Shown: piece by piece, positions 7,179 to 16,150 of the stretch
How positions within the stretch are numbered: position 1 is the first letter of the stretch
How the letters are laid out: each line of letters starts with the position of its first letter
Source of the DNA: Dehalococcoidia bacterium
GTDB lineage: Bacteria > Chloroflexota > Dehalococcoidia > Lucifugimonadales > JAAXIE01
Assembly: GCA_965204245.1 (NCBI GenBank)
Contig: CBDBED010000006.1
Location: 112,029 to 144,028, forward strand
Direction: 5' to 3'
DNA length: 32,000 nucleotides
Program-made: the position numbers and the translations under genes
The notes under the pieces: model-generated
Database searches by the model: none
Told to the model about the DNA's origin: nothing
What the model saw: only the letters and a program-made list of their open reading frames with translations

Positions 7179-7826
7179 ATGCGTGTCGTCATGATTCACG
7201 CCATTGCCGAGTCCATCCCTCCGGTGAACACGGCTTTTGGCGAGGTGTTCCCCGAAACCGAGGTCGTGAACCTGCTGGATGAGGGCCTGTTCCTCGATTT
7301 CGATGACCACATCACCCCTGCGCTGAGGCGCCGCATGAGCGGGCTGATCTGCTACGGGGCCGAGCATGGGGCCGACGCCGTGGGGCTGGCCTGCTCGGTA
7401 TATGCGCCCGTGGTGGACTCGGCGTGCGACTTGGTGGATGTGCCGGTGGTGTCTTCTTATGGGCCTGTGGTGGAGGAGGCCTTGGACCACGGCAACCGCG
7501 TGGGTGTCATTGCGTCGGTGCCAGCGACGCTACGGGATGCGGAGTATTACCTGCGACGGTCGGCTACGGCAAGGGGTATCGAGTTGGAGCCCCACTTGGC
7601 CCTGGCGGAAGACCTCATTCCGGTGATACGCAGCGAGGGCGTGACGGGCTTGGAGCGGCGGTTGGTGGAAGAGGTGGGTAAGCTGGCCCCGCAAGTGGAC
7701 TTGGTGGTGCTGGGGCAGTTCTCCTTCGCGGCGGCTTATGCGCAGGTAGCGGCCAAGGCATCGGTGCCCGTGCTGTCGGCACCGCATAGCAGTGCCAGGT
7801 TGCTGAAGAAGCTGGTGACAAAGTAG
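7179..7826 (+). CDS. Asp/Glu/hydantoin racemase superfamily protein
   Basis: MRVVMIHAIAE..., GADAVGLACSVYAP, RVGVIAS and DLVVLGQFSFA follow the layout of PF01177-type enzymes. SD GGGAGG lies upstream of ATG 7179. The ORF-track start 6951 was rejected. Confidence 0.7.
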   Translation: MRVVMIHAIAESIPPVNTAFGEVFPETEVVNLLDEGLFLDFDDHITPALRRRMSGLICYGAEHGADAVGLACSVYAPVVDSACDLVDVPVVSSYGPVVEEALDHGNRVGVIASVPATLRDAEYYLRRSATARGIELEPHLALAEDLIPVIRSEGVTGLERRLVEEVGKLAPQVDLVVLGQFSFAAAYAQVAAKASVPVLSAPHSSARLLKKLVTK

Positions 7827-7870
7827 CGGGAAGTCGAGGCCGTTTTCGAGGTCCGGCATCACACTTGGCC

Positions 7871-8315
7871 CTACTCAGCAAGGAAGTCTTCCAAAACGGC
7901 GATGGGCAAACCAACGACACCACGAAAGTCGGTGTCGTTGGTGATGAAGAGAGCGCACCCAGCTCGAAGTGCCGTCGCAGCGTGAAGTGCGTCGGGCGTC
8001 GCCAAGCCTGTCTCGGCCCGAATGTGCGCGGCGTCTTCGAAGACTGGATAGGAGGCTTCCAGCAGTCTCACTGCATTTGACTCGAATAGCTCGCGATATT
8101 GCATTTCGATCTCTGTATTGCCATCGCGAAGCGACTTGACCAGTGCTTCCACGATGAGGATAGGACTGCTTACGATGGTGAGATTGCCGTCCTTGTGCTT
8201 CCTGCCACATCGGTTCCAGCAGCGTACGGTACGGCTCCACCCGTTCGACGCTGTAGATAAGGCTGCTGGCATCCAAATAGACCAAGCCAGTTAACGGCAG
8301 GATTAACGGTCCCAC
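7871..8315 (-). pseudogene. vapC: PIN-domain VapC toxin interrupted by a frameshift
   Basis: The N-terminal part (GPLILPLTGLVYLDASSLIYSVERVEPYRTLLEPMWQEA) is in the frame of ORF 7875-8315. The C-terminal part (KDGNLTIVSSPILIVEALV...TPDALHAATA...FITNDTDF) is in the frame of ORF 7871-8272. The switch lies around 8190-8206. Confidence 0.7.
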
Positions 8316-8536
8316 GACGCCTTCTCTTCCGCCAAGTATGCTTTCACCTCCTCGGCTGTCTGAAAAAGGCGTCGATCAGGGCCATCGTTGAGGATTTCCA
8401 TCACAGAACGCCCCTTCGTGTTGGACTCGTGCAGCACCACCACATCCACCGTCTGCCCCGCATCCAACTCCGGGCTGACTATTTCCACCTTCCCCCCAGG
8501 CAACACCATCGTCCGTACGTGTAGTGCTCTCCGCAT
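8303..8536 (-). CDS. putative VapB-type antitoxin of the adjacent PIN gene
   Basis: The 77-aa ORF overlaps the PIN GTG start by 13 nt. SD AAGGAAGAGG lies just before ATG 8536. Its small size and position upstream of the toxin fit an antitoxin. Confidence 0.6.
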   Translation of the reverse strand: MRRALHVRTMVLPGGKVEIVSPELDAGQTVDVVVLHESNTKGRSVMEILNDGPDRRLFQTAEEVKAYLAEEKASWDR

Positions 8537-8711
8537 CGCCTCTTCCTTAATTTGCTGGTTAGTCGTCCCGCCTTCAGCCGACAGCGGATGCCGCAGAGGT
8601 AGCCTCAGACGGAATTCGCAAATCGGTACGTCATGATGGCCTATCTTTCCCGAAGGGGCAATGGTTCCTTATGGATCGGAGTGACGACGACTCAGGCGTA
8701 ATGGGTCTTGA

Positions 8712-9620
8712 CTAAGACTCCCTGGGGGGGCCACCGCAACAGGGAGAGTCTGCTCGAACTCCCAGCAAGAGTCTCTGGTCCAGGATCTGATCGGCTATAG
8801 AACGCCAGAGTTCCGTAACCGTAGACTTGTCAAGAGGGACGGAACAGCCTTTGACGCCCTGACTCAGGCCGGGAGTGAAGTACTCCCGAGGCAATTCAAT
8901 CCAAGGGCGCGGGCAAGACATCTCTGTCTCCGCAGGGAGGCAAGGGAAGAAGCTGAACATGCCATCAACTGGCACATCATGCGTCGCCCCTCGATACATT
9001 CTGCGATTGTTCGGAGGCTGAACGCCTTGGTGCGTCGGAGCCATCGCCACATCCCAGTAATACGAAGGAACTCGTCCCTCAAGAAGGGGCTTATAGTCTT
9101 CAGATGTGTGGTCCACATAGTCGGCGACCACAAACACGGTGTCCATTACCCAACGGGCGTTCTTTTTGCTTCCAAAGACTATGACCGAACCACGTTCCAG
9201 TTGCCGGAGACCCTTATATGCGTGTTGTTTGCAATCGGTGTAGTAGAAGCCTCCGAATATGGAAGGGTCCGTATTTTGCATTCCCCAATAGTCTGGTTTG
9301 GGCAGCCATGTGGGTTCCCACAAGTAGCGGGGCGAATCTGCGTCTGATGGTTCAAAACAGCGCAGAACTCGAGATTCGGCTTCCCATTCTGCCCATGCCC
9401 AGAGTTTTCCTTCTTGAGCCCTCGATCCCAATGACTCTAGCCAGGCTCCGCCAATCTCCACGAACTTCCGGCCATTGCCTTGCCGGTTCCACTTCTTCCA
9501 GTCGCCGAAATCCGGAGAGTGTTCACGGCCGGGATGGGGGAATTGCACGAAATAACGATTATCGGATACCGCCCTGCGAGCGTGTTCTCTCGCAATTGCC
9601 CTACCTGACCCTCTTCTCAT
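8712..9620 (-). CDS. hypothetical protein, no family recognised
   Basis: Long clean ORF (302 aa) in an A/T-richer stretch, 37 nt downstream of the RHD beta gene on the same strand. Motifs: FVQFPHPGREH, WAWAEWEAES, QNTDPSIFGG and GSVIVFGSKKNARWVMDTVFVVADY. Confidence 0.65.
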   Translation of the reverse strand: MRRGSGRAIAREHARRAVSDNRYFVQFPHPGREHSPDFGDWKKWNRQGNGRKFVEIGGAWLESLGSRAQEGKLWAWAEWEAESRVLRCFEPSDADSPRYLWEPTWLPKPDYWGMQNTDPSIFGGFYYTDCKQHAYKGLRQLERGSVIVFGSKKNARWVMDTVFVVADYVDHTSEDYKPLLEGRVPSYYWDVAMAPTHQGVQPPNNRRMYRGATHDVPVDGMFSFFPCLPAETEMSCPRPWIELPREYFTPGLSQGVKGCSVPLDKSTVTELWRSIADQILDQRLLLGVRADSPCCGGPPRES

Positions 9621-9657
9621 GGCTCACTATGCTTCACGACATAGGTCCTGCCACTGG

Positions 9658-10200
9658 CTAGAAGAAGTTGCTGACGTTCTTGGCCAAGAGGACGTTCTGG
9701 TCGAGGACGGCCTTGCGGCGGCATATCTTCCAAGAGTCGTCGATCCGGCGCAGGGTATCCTCACGGCAGCCAACGTAGAAGTCCTGCTCCGTCTCGCCAC
9801 GGGTGCGGTACATGATGAAGTTGGAGAACACCTGCACCTCGTCGCTCTTGTCGGTTTCGTGCACCTCGATGTTGGTGATGAGATGGCGGGTGCGGGAGGG
9901 CGGGTCCTCGGCCCACGCCATGCCCGTGTCCAAGCGGGCTACACGGCGCTCCAAGCTGTCCTTGTCCTCGTCGAGAATGGCGAGTTCGTCTTCCTTGGAG
10001 ATTTCGTCCTCCACGTAGCGCTCTTGGTCGGCGATGGATATGGCCTTGCTGATGCGGGGGTAGCGGGTGGTGCGCACTGGCACCCAGTAGTGGGCGTCCT
10101 CCGTCCAGAGTTCCAGCCACTCGTGCAGGCGCCGGTTGTCCAGAAGGCGCACCTCCTGGTACATGAATTGCTCTATTTCGCGTGCCGTATCCTGATCCAT
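9658..10200 (-). CDS. aromatic ring-hydroxylating dioxygenase beta subunit (set 1)
   Basis: MDQDTAREIEQFMYQEVRLLDNRRLHEWLELWTEDAHYWVP... and C-terminal LDQNVLLAKNVSNFF are typical of Ring_hydroxyl_B (NTF2-like) subunits. SD GGGAGGAAGG lies before ATG 10200. Confidence 0.9.
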   Translation of the reverse strand: MDQDTAREIEQFMYQEVRLLDNRRLHEWLELWTEDAHYWVPVRTTRYPRISKAISIADQERYVEDEISKEDELAILDEDKDSLERRVARLDTGMAWAEDPPSRTRHLITNIEVHETDKSDEVQVFSNFIMYRTRGETEQDFYVGCREDTLRRIDDSWKICRRKAVLDQNVLLAKNVSNFF

Positions 10201-10261
10201 GGCTACCGCCTTCCTCCCGTTGAATCCTGGTTGATGAGTGCGCCTGCCATTATATCCGGTA

Positions 10262-11542
10262 TCAAGGCTGGTTTGTCCCAATGTCAGCCCAGCTATCAGC
10301 CTCCATGAAGTGGGCCCACCGCGAGTAGAAGCGCCGGTGGGTGTTCTCGCTCATGCGGAAATCACTGGTCCACGACATCAAATCCTCGTTGAAGGAGTCG
10401 TGTCCGATGCCCATCTGGTTGTTGAGAGGGATGCGCCGTGACACGGGCCCCTTGGCGGTGACGGTGCATTCCTGCCAGTTGTCCATATCATCCTGCTCGA
10501 AGGTGCCCGACGGGCTGAACCCGCGGATAGCCCCCAAGCGGACCATCTCCTTGATCTCCGGCGGGGCTGCCTTGTCGCAGAAGGCCCACGCCCTGACCTC
10601 CACCTTGTCGGGCCCCTTGGGATGCCACACCCGGAAGGTGCGGGAGCCAGCACGCAACATGGAGAAGTTGGGGAAGACCGTGGCGACGAAGGGGTTGAGC
10701 AGGTCGCGCCTCGGCCCCAAGCGGTCCCTGATTTCCTGCTTGACGTCCGCCTCGTACTGGCGGAGGGCAGGTATAGGCGGCGTGGGGTCGTCGTCGGGGC
10801 CGAAACAAATCATATTGGCGGGCCCAGCGGCAACGATGGAGCCTCCCGTCTCAGGCTCGATGGCTGTTGAGCTGGCGAACGCGTTCCTAATGGCCGACAG
10901 ATGGCTCCATCCCACATGGTAGGCGTCACCACCGAAATTCTCGGCAGCGAACTTCCAGTTGCAGGGGATTGTCCACTTGAACATGCCCCCGAACACCTCC
11001 ACCCCGCCCTCGCGCCGGTCGAAGAAGTTGTCGAGGTACCAAGTCGCCTCACCCAAGTAGTCCAGCAGTGGCGGGGCGTCGGCATCGAAAGTGGCGAACA
11101 CCAGACCCTTGTACATCTCCAGCTTGGCCACGGGCACGAGGCCCCACTTGGAGGTGTCAAGCTCGTCGTAGTAAGCCTCTTTCAAACTGGGGACCGCAAT
11201 GAGCTTGCCATCGGTGCCATAGGTCCAGCCGTGATAGGCGCAGACGAAAGCGGACGCGTTACCCGCATCGGCCCGGCACACCCGGTTCCCTCTATGACGG
11301 CAGATATTGAGGAAGGCCCCGATCCTGCCCGTGGAATCGCGGGTGACCAGCACGGGGTCCTCGCCCATATAGGTGGAGAAGAAGTCCCCCGGTTGGGCCA
11401 CTTGGCTTTCATGACAGAGAAACAGCCAGGAGCGGGCAAAAATCTGCTCCAGTTCCTGCTGGTAAATCTCGTCATCAATGAATATGCGCCGGTCCACCAG
11501 CCCATCGCGCGCATTGACCAGTCCCCTGACTTCGGTAGCCAT
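10262..11542 (-). CDS. Rieske ring-hydroxylating dioxygenase alpha subunit (set 1, biphenyl/toluene-type)
   Basis: Rieske motif CRHRGNRVC...CAYHGW. Catalytic domain NWKFAAENFGGDAYHVGWSH. Start trimmed to ATG 11542 (MATEVRG...). Confidence 0.9.
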   Translation of the reverse strand: MATEVRGLVNARDGLVDRRIFIDDEIYQQELEQIFARSWLFLCHESQVAQPGDFFSTYMGEDPVLVTRDSTGRIGAFLNICRHRGNRVCRADAGNASAFVCAYHGWTYGTDGKLIAVPSLKEAYYDELDTSKWGLVPVAKLEMYKGLVFATFDADAPPLLDYLGEATWYLDNFFDRREGGVEVFGGMFKWTIPCNWKFAAENFGGDAYHVGWSHLSAIRNAFASSTAIEPETGGSIVAAGPANMICFGPDDDPTPPIPALRQYEADVKQEIRDRLGPRRDLLNPFVATVFPNFSMLRAGSRTFRVWHPKGPDKVEVRAWAFCDKAAPPEIKEMVRLGAIRGFSPSGTFEQDDMDNWQECTVTAKGPVSRRIPLNNQMGIGHDSFNEDLMSWTSDFRMSENTHRRFYSRWAHFMEADSWADIGTNQP

Positions 11543-11666
11543 GAACCCACCTACGCCATACCTGCTGGAACCTTGACAACGGCCCAGTTCACTACCGGCC
11601 GCCCGTATGGACGGGTGTAGCATGGGGTGTTGGGGTTGTCAAGCTAAGTCCTGACTGACCTCGCCC

Positions 11667-12473
11667 TTAAACCGTCGGCACAGGCCTCCTCACCCTCAAT
11701 GAACTCCCCGAATCATTCAGCACCGTGGTGCCGGTGATGGTCCCCGAAAGCTCCTTGCAGGCTAGGAAGAGGTAGGAGCCGACTAGGTCGTCGGGGTAGA
11801 GGGCCTTTTGCATGGGGGCGTTGGCGCGGATGCGCTCCACGTTCTCGGGGCGGGAGGAGTGGGAGGTCATGTGCTGGTCCAGCGTCTCCAGACCGCGCAG
11901 GTCGGTGGCAACGCCTCCGGGAGCCACGCCATTGACACGAACGTCCGGGGCAAGCTCGGAGGCTAGCTGCCGTATCATGCCCAGCACCGCGTGCTTGGAC
12001 GCCGTATAGAGCACACCGCCACCGCCGGAGTTGAAGCTGGCTACCGAGGCGGTGAACACCATGCAGCCTTGGGTCTTGGCCAGCTCCTCGTGGGCTGCCT
12101 TGGCCCCGAACAGGATGCCCTTGGCATTGACCGCCATCTGCTCGTCGAAGGCATCGCCCAGCTTGTCCTCAGGGAAATCGGCCAGAGTCATGAACTGGTC
12201 GAATATGCCAGCGTTGCCCACGAAGATGTCCAGTTGGCCAAAGACGCGAATGGCCTCGGCCACGGCAGCCTTGTTGTCCTCCAAACGGGATACGTCGCCG
12301 TGGAAAACGGCCACTTCTTCACCGAACTCACCGCGAAGCTGTTCCACACGGTCGGCCATGCGCTCCACCACCACGACGCGGGCCCCTTCTTCAACGAACC
12401 GTTGCAGGATGCCCTTGCCGATACCCGAGCCTGCTCCGGTGATTAGTGCAACTCTGCCTTCGAGTACGCCCAT
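11667..12473 (-). CDS. cis-dihydrodiol dehydrogenase-like SDR (BphB/TodD-like)
   Basis: LEGRVALITGAGSGIGK, NAGI and YTASKHAVLGMIRQLASELAPDVRVNGVAPGGVATDLRG closely follow the BphB pattern. SD GGAGG lies 8 nt upstream of the start. Confidence 0.85.
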   Translation of the reverse strand: MGVLEGRVALITGAGSGIGKGILQRFVEEGARVVVVERMADRVEQLRGEFGEEVAVFHGDVSRLEDNKAAVAEAIRVFGQLDIFVGNAGIFDQFMTLADFPEDKLGDAFDEQMAVNAKGILFGAKAAHEELAKTQGCMVFTASVASFNSGGGGVLYTASKHAVLGMIRQLASELAPDVRVNGVAPGGVATDLRGLETLDQHMTSHSSRPENVERIRANAPMQKALYPDDLVGSYLFLACKELSGTITGTTVLNDSGSSLRVRRPVPTV

Positions 12474-12536
12474 TTGCCTGACCTCCGATATATTCCGTGA
12501 TTCTGTTTGCCGTCGTCGCTATTTGAATGGCCGCCC

Positions 12537-13607
12537 CTACTTGAAATAGGGGATGATGTATTTCCCGTACAGCTTGATGGAGTCCATAATCCGGGAGTGG
12601 GCTAGATTGCCCATCTGCATGAAGCAGAGTATCTGGTCAACGCCCGCGGCCTCATAGCCCTTGAGCACCTTGATGACGGTGTCGGGGTCACCCATGGCAA
12701 AGGCACCCGAGTCGAGGTGGTCTTGGGCCGTTTTCTGGGCACGCTCGTCCTGCACCGCGTCCACGGCGAACTTGTAGGAATCGGGGACGTTGCGGCCCTG
12801 CCATGGACCGTACAATTCGAGGGCTTTGTGGACGAACCATGCACCTTCCGGGGCTGCCACACGGCGGGCCTCCTCGTCATCCTCGCCGCAGTGGGTGACG
12901 CACAGGGCCGCCACATTCGGGTTGACGAACGCGCCCACGGGGTTTGCACTCTTCAATCCCTGCCGGTACACGCCGACCCGCTCTTCCATCTGCTCATAAC
13001 CGCCCAAGTTGAAGCAGAGGACGCCCAGACCCATCTCGCCTGCAGAGCGGAAGCTGTCAGGCTGGCTGCAGGCCACCCACATGGGCGGATGGGGCTGCTG
13101 CACAGGCTTGGGGATGACCGAGCGTGGCGGGATGCTGTAGTACTGGCCCTCGTGGGAGAAGGGGTCCTCGGTCCACATGCGGGGAATCATGCCGATGGCT
13201 TCCCTCCACTGGCCCCGGGTGTCCTCTGGGTCGACCTCGAAGCCGTCCATCTCAATGAGGGTCGTGGAGCGTCCCGTGCCCAAGTCCATGCGCCCGTCGC
13301 TCACGATATCCAGCACGGCCGCCCGCTCCGCCACGCGCACCGGGTGGTTGTAGCGTCCCGGCAAGAGTGCAACGGCGTGGCCTATGCGCATCCGCTTGGT
13401 GCGTTGGGAAATGGCCCCATACAGCACTTCCGGCGCGGAGCAGTGGGAGAACTCGCGCAGGAAATGGTGTTCCACCGTCCAGAAGTAGTCGAACCCCACC
13501 TCGTCGGCCAGCTCGGCTTGGGCCAGCACCTGCTGGTACCGCTCGTACTCAATGCCGGGATAATGGGGTTCGGGTATCTGAATCTCATACATCATGCCGA
13601 ACTTCAT
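12537..13607 (-). CDS. LLM-class (luciferase-like) flavin-dependent monooxygenase
   Basis: MKFGMMYEIQ...GFDYFWTVEHHF...MRIGHAV...NHPVRVAERAAVLDIVSDGRMDLGTGRS. SD GGAGGC lies before ATG 13607. Confidence 0.9.
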   Translation of the reverse strand: MKFGMMYEIQIPEPHYPGIEYERYQQVLAQAELADEVGFDYFWTVEHHFLREFSHCSAPEVLYGAISQRTKRMRIGHAVALLPGRYNHPVRVAERAAVLDIVSDGRMDLGTGRSTTLIEMDGFEVDPEDTRGQWREAIGMIPRMWTEDPFSHEGQYYSIPPRSVIPKPVQQPHPPMWVACSQPDSFRSAGEMGLGVLCFNLGGYEQMEERVGVYRQGLKSANPVGAFVNPNVAALCVTHCGEDDEEARRVAAPEGAWFVHKALELYGPWQGRNVPDSYKFAVDAVQDERAQKTAQDHLDSGAFAMGDPDTVIKVLKGYEAAGVDQILCFMQMGNLAHSRIMDSIKLYGKYIIPYFK

Positions 13608-13795
13608 GCGATGCCTCCGGCCATGAGGGTGGGATGACGTGGCTAAAATAACCCATTTGAACTGGTTTTGCACTGTTATGGATAGGGCCGAGCCTAGGTT
13701 GACAACGGCCAGCGACGCCGCGTTGACGCCCACTGGCGATTGCAGTAGCTTTAGCGGCAATCGCTGCCCAGCAGAGAACGGTGAGGAGGTCTCTT

Positions 13796-15022
13796 ATGTT
13801 CATCATGAGGTTCACCGAACGGGCTTACACCAACTACACCGAGGACGACGTCAAGAACAGCTTCAACAGCGCATCCCGCGTGACCTTTCCCAACACACAT
13901 TTCGACCCGTCCGTCGGCTCGCGAATCTACAACGAGCATCTGGACGAGTGGGAGTTCTGCGAGGACATCGGGTTCGATGGCCTGATGCTGAACGAGCACC
14001 ACAACACCCCGACATGCCTCGGCGCCGCCATGAACCTCGAGGCTGCTATCCTTGCCCGCATCACCAAGGACCCCAAGATAGTGCTCATGGGCAACATCCT
14101 GCCCATCCACGAAAACCCGGTGCGCTTGGCCGAAGAGCTTGCCGAAATCGACATGATTTCCGGCGGCAGGCTGGTGTCCGGCTTCGTGCGGGGCGTCGGC
14201 ACTGAGACATGGGCCACCAACATCAACCCCGTCCACAACCGGGAGCGGTTCGAGGAGGCCCACGACCTCATCCTGAAGATCTGGAGCGAGCCGGGCCCCT
14301 TCCGCTGGGAAGGCAAGCACTACCAGTTCCGGGTGGTCAACCCCTTCGTCAGGCCCTTGCAGGTGCCCCACCCGCCAGTGTGGGCCCCCGGCACCGGCAG
14401 CGAGGACACCGTCCTGTGGTGCGCCGAGCGCCACTACCCCTACTTCTACTTGGGCCTCGTCCCCTCCTCCTTCAATCAAATGCAATCCATCTACCGGGAC
14501 GCCGCCCGTGAACACGGCTACGAGGCAGGGCCGGAACACTTCGGCTACATGCTGCCGGTGTTCGTGCAGGACACCGACGAGGAGGCCAAGGAAAACGGCC
14601 GCGGCTTCTTGGAGGCCTTGGTCGGCGTGGGGCGTGTACCCCTGCCGAAGGAGTACCAAGCCCCGCCGGGTTACATGACCTTCCGCAAGGCTGCCGAGGG
14701 CGCCGACCCCCGCGCCGCCGCCGTGCGCGCCGCCCGGGGCGGCGACCTGCTGCGCTACGGCCACATCAGCGATGAAGACTACCAAGCCATGATCGATGAC
14801 AACCGCTTGGTCATGGGCAGCCCGGAAACCGTCATCCGCAAGATCCGGGAAGTCCTCAGTGAGATTCAGCCCGGCGTCCTCTGCATGTGGACCAACGACG
14901 GCTCCATCACCCACGAGCATGCCATGCGCTGCCTGCAGCTAATCGACCAAGAGGTCCTGCCCGCCACCCGCGAGATGGCCAAGGATATGGAGCTCGTCAG
15001 CCCCTTCGAGCGCGCGCCGTAG
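13796..15022 (+). CDS. LLM-class flavin-dependent oxidoreductase (second, divergent paralog)
   Basis: GFDGLMLNEHHNTP...NPVRLAEELAEIDMISGGRLVSGFVRG. SD GAGGAGG lies 6-7 nt before ATG 13796. Confidence 0.85.
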   Translation: MFIMRFTERAYTNYTEDDVKNSFNSASRVTFPNTHFDPSVGSRIYNEHLDEWEFCEDIGFDGLMLNEHHNTPTCLGAAMNLEAAILARITKDPKIVLMGNILPIHENPVRLAEELAEIDMISGGRLVSGFVRGVGTETWATNINPVHNRERFEEAHDLILKIWSEPGPFRWEGKHYQFRVVNPFVRPLQVPHPPVWAPGTGSEDTVLWCAERHYPYFYLGLVPSSFNQMQSIYRDAAREHGYEAGPEHFGYMLPVFVQDTDEEAKENGRGFLEALVGVGRVPLPKEYQAPPGYMTFRKAAEGADPRAAAVRAARGGDLLRYGHISDEDYQAMIDDNRLVMGSPETVIRKIREVLSEIQPGVLCMWTNDGSITHEHAMRCLQLIDQEVLPATREMAKDMELVSPFERAP

Positions 15023-15092
15023 CACTTTACCCGGTGGCAACATACGGGGCGCTGGCCCGCCCTCCTTCGCAACCTCGACGCAGGACGGCTGA

Positions 15093-16136
15093 ATGGAACC
15101 GTTGTCACACACTGGGAAACCCGTGGCGCTTTTCGCGGTTTGCTTGGTGTTGGCGGCCTTGGTTGTCTTCCGCGTTCCCGAAGTTGCGCGGGTCTCATTT
15201 GTGTCCTTGGCCGCGGCGCTGCCCTTGGTTGGACTACTGTTTGTCCAACGCCACGCACTTGAGTTGCAGACTCGGAGAGTCCTGTTATGGGCAGTGCTTG
15301 CCGCTATCTGCTTCTTCTTCACAGTCCAAGCGATTAGGATCATCCAGTCTGCCTTGTCTGACTTTCCCCTCGCTTACCTCCTGATTGAGGAACCCGAGTT
15401 AACGGGTATCGCACCTAAAGCTCTTTCCCTATTGGGCCAAATATCGGTTTTCAACGCCCTATCACTGGCATTCTTCTTGGGAGCTATCGCCGGTTTTCGC
15501 TGGCCTGACGGCTTGATTGTCCCTTTGGGCGCCTCACGCACACGCTTGGAACTCAGGGTTGCTGCCAACATCGTGGCAATAGTCCTGATGGCCATCTTGT
15601 TCGCCTACACAATAATACCCGGCTACTCATATCCCATTGGCATCCTCTGGTTTCATTTCCCAGACCTTTACAGAGAATGGCAACTCGGGGCCAACTTAGC
15701 CGAACTACTCGCGGTGTCATTGGCGATGATTGCTCTGGCCGAGTGGCCCATGACCACACCGCAACTGCGCCGCGTCATTCTTGGAGGACTAGCCGGCATG
15801 GTGGTCATGGTGGTGCTGGGAGGCCTGCTTGTTACATGGATGGAGGTCGAGTTCGCCATAGTTGGAGAAGGCAACCCAGAGCGACTCGGCCTCATTTCCT
15901 GGATGCCAGAGGTATTTGGCCTCAGCACACAGGTGTTCATTTGGGTGGGACTCGCCATAGGAGCGTGGGCAGGACTGCGATGGCCGGAGAGACTGTGGCT
16001 GCCGACCAATTTCAGGGCTGAGGCGCGGTCCATTGGACTCGAGAGATGCGCGACTGCACTGGTCCTGTATTCGGTACTCGCCGTGCTCATCTACATCCTT
16101 GCCTCGTTGGCAATAGTCAACATCACCCACGAATAG
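15093..16136 (+). CDS. polytopic membrane protein, unknown family (paralog A)
   Basis: About 9-10 hydrophobic spans. Shares the motifs (V)xRHxLELQTxRV, AG(F/L)(R/K)WP and (A/V)EWP...RRV(I/V)LGGL with the next gene. Confidence 0.7.
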   Translation: MEPLSHTGKPVALFAVCLVLAALVVFRVPEVARVSFVSLAAALPLVGLLFVQRHALELQTRRVLLWAVLAAICFFFTVQAIRIIQSALSDFPLAYLLIEEPELTGIAPKALSLLGQISVFNALSLAFFLGAIAGFRWPDGLIVPLGASRTRLELRVAANIVAIVLMAILFAYTIIPGYSYPIGILWFHFPDLYREWQLGANLAELLAVSLAMIALAEWPMTTPQLRRVILGGLAGMVVMVVLGGLLVTWMEVEFAIVGEGNPERLGLISWMPEVFGLSTQVFIWVGLAIGAWAGLRWPERLWLPTNFRAEARSIGLERCATALVLYSVLAVLIYILASLAIVNITHE

Positions 16137-16150
16137 CGGGAGAACCCTGA

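Noticed and set aside
13751-14920. 389-aa minus-strand ORF
   Set aside because: It is antisense to the LLM oxidoreductase gene, which has clear family motifs. The Gly/Val/Ala/His-rich shadow frame is typical of high-GC DNA.
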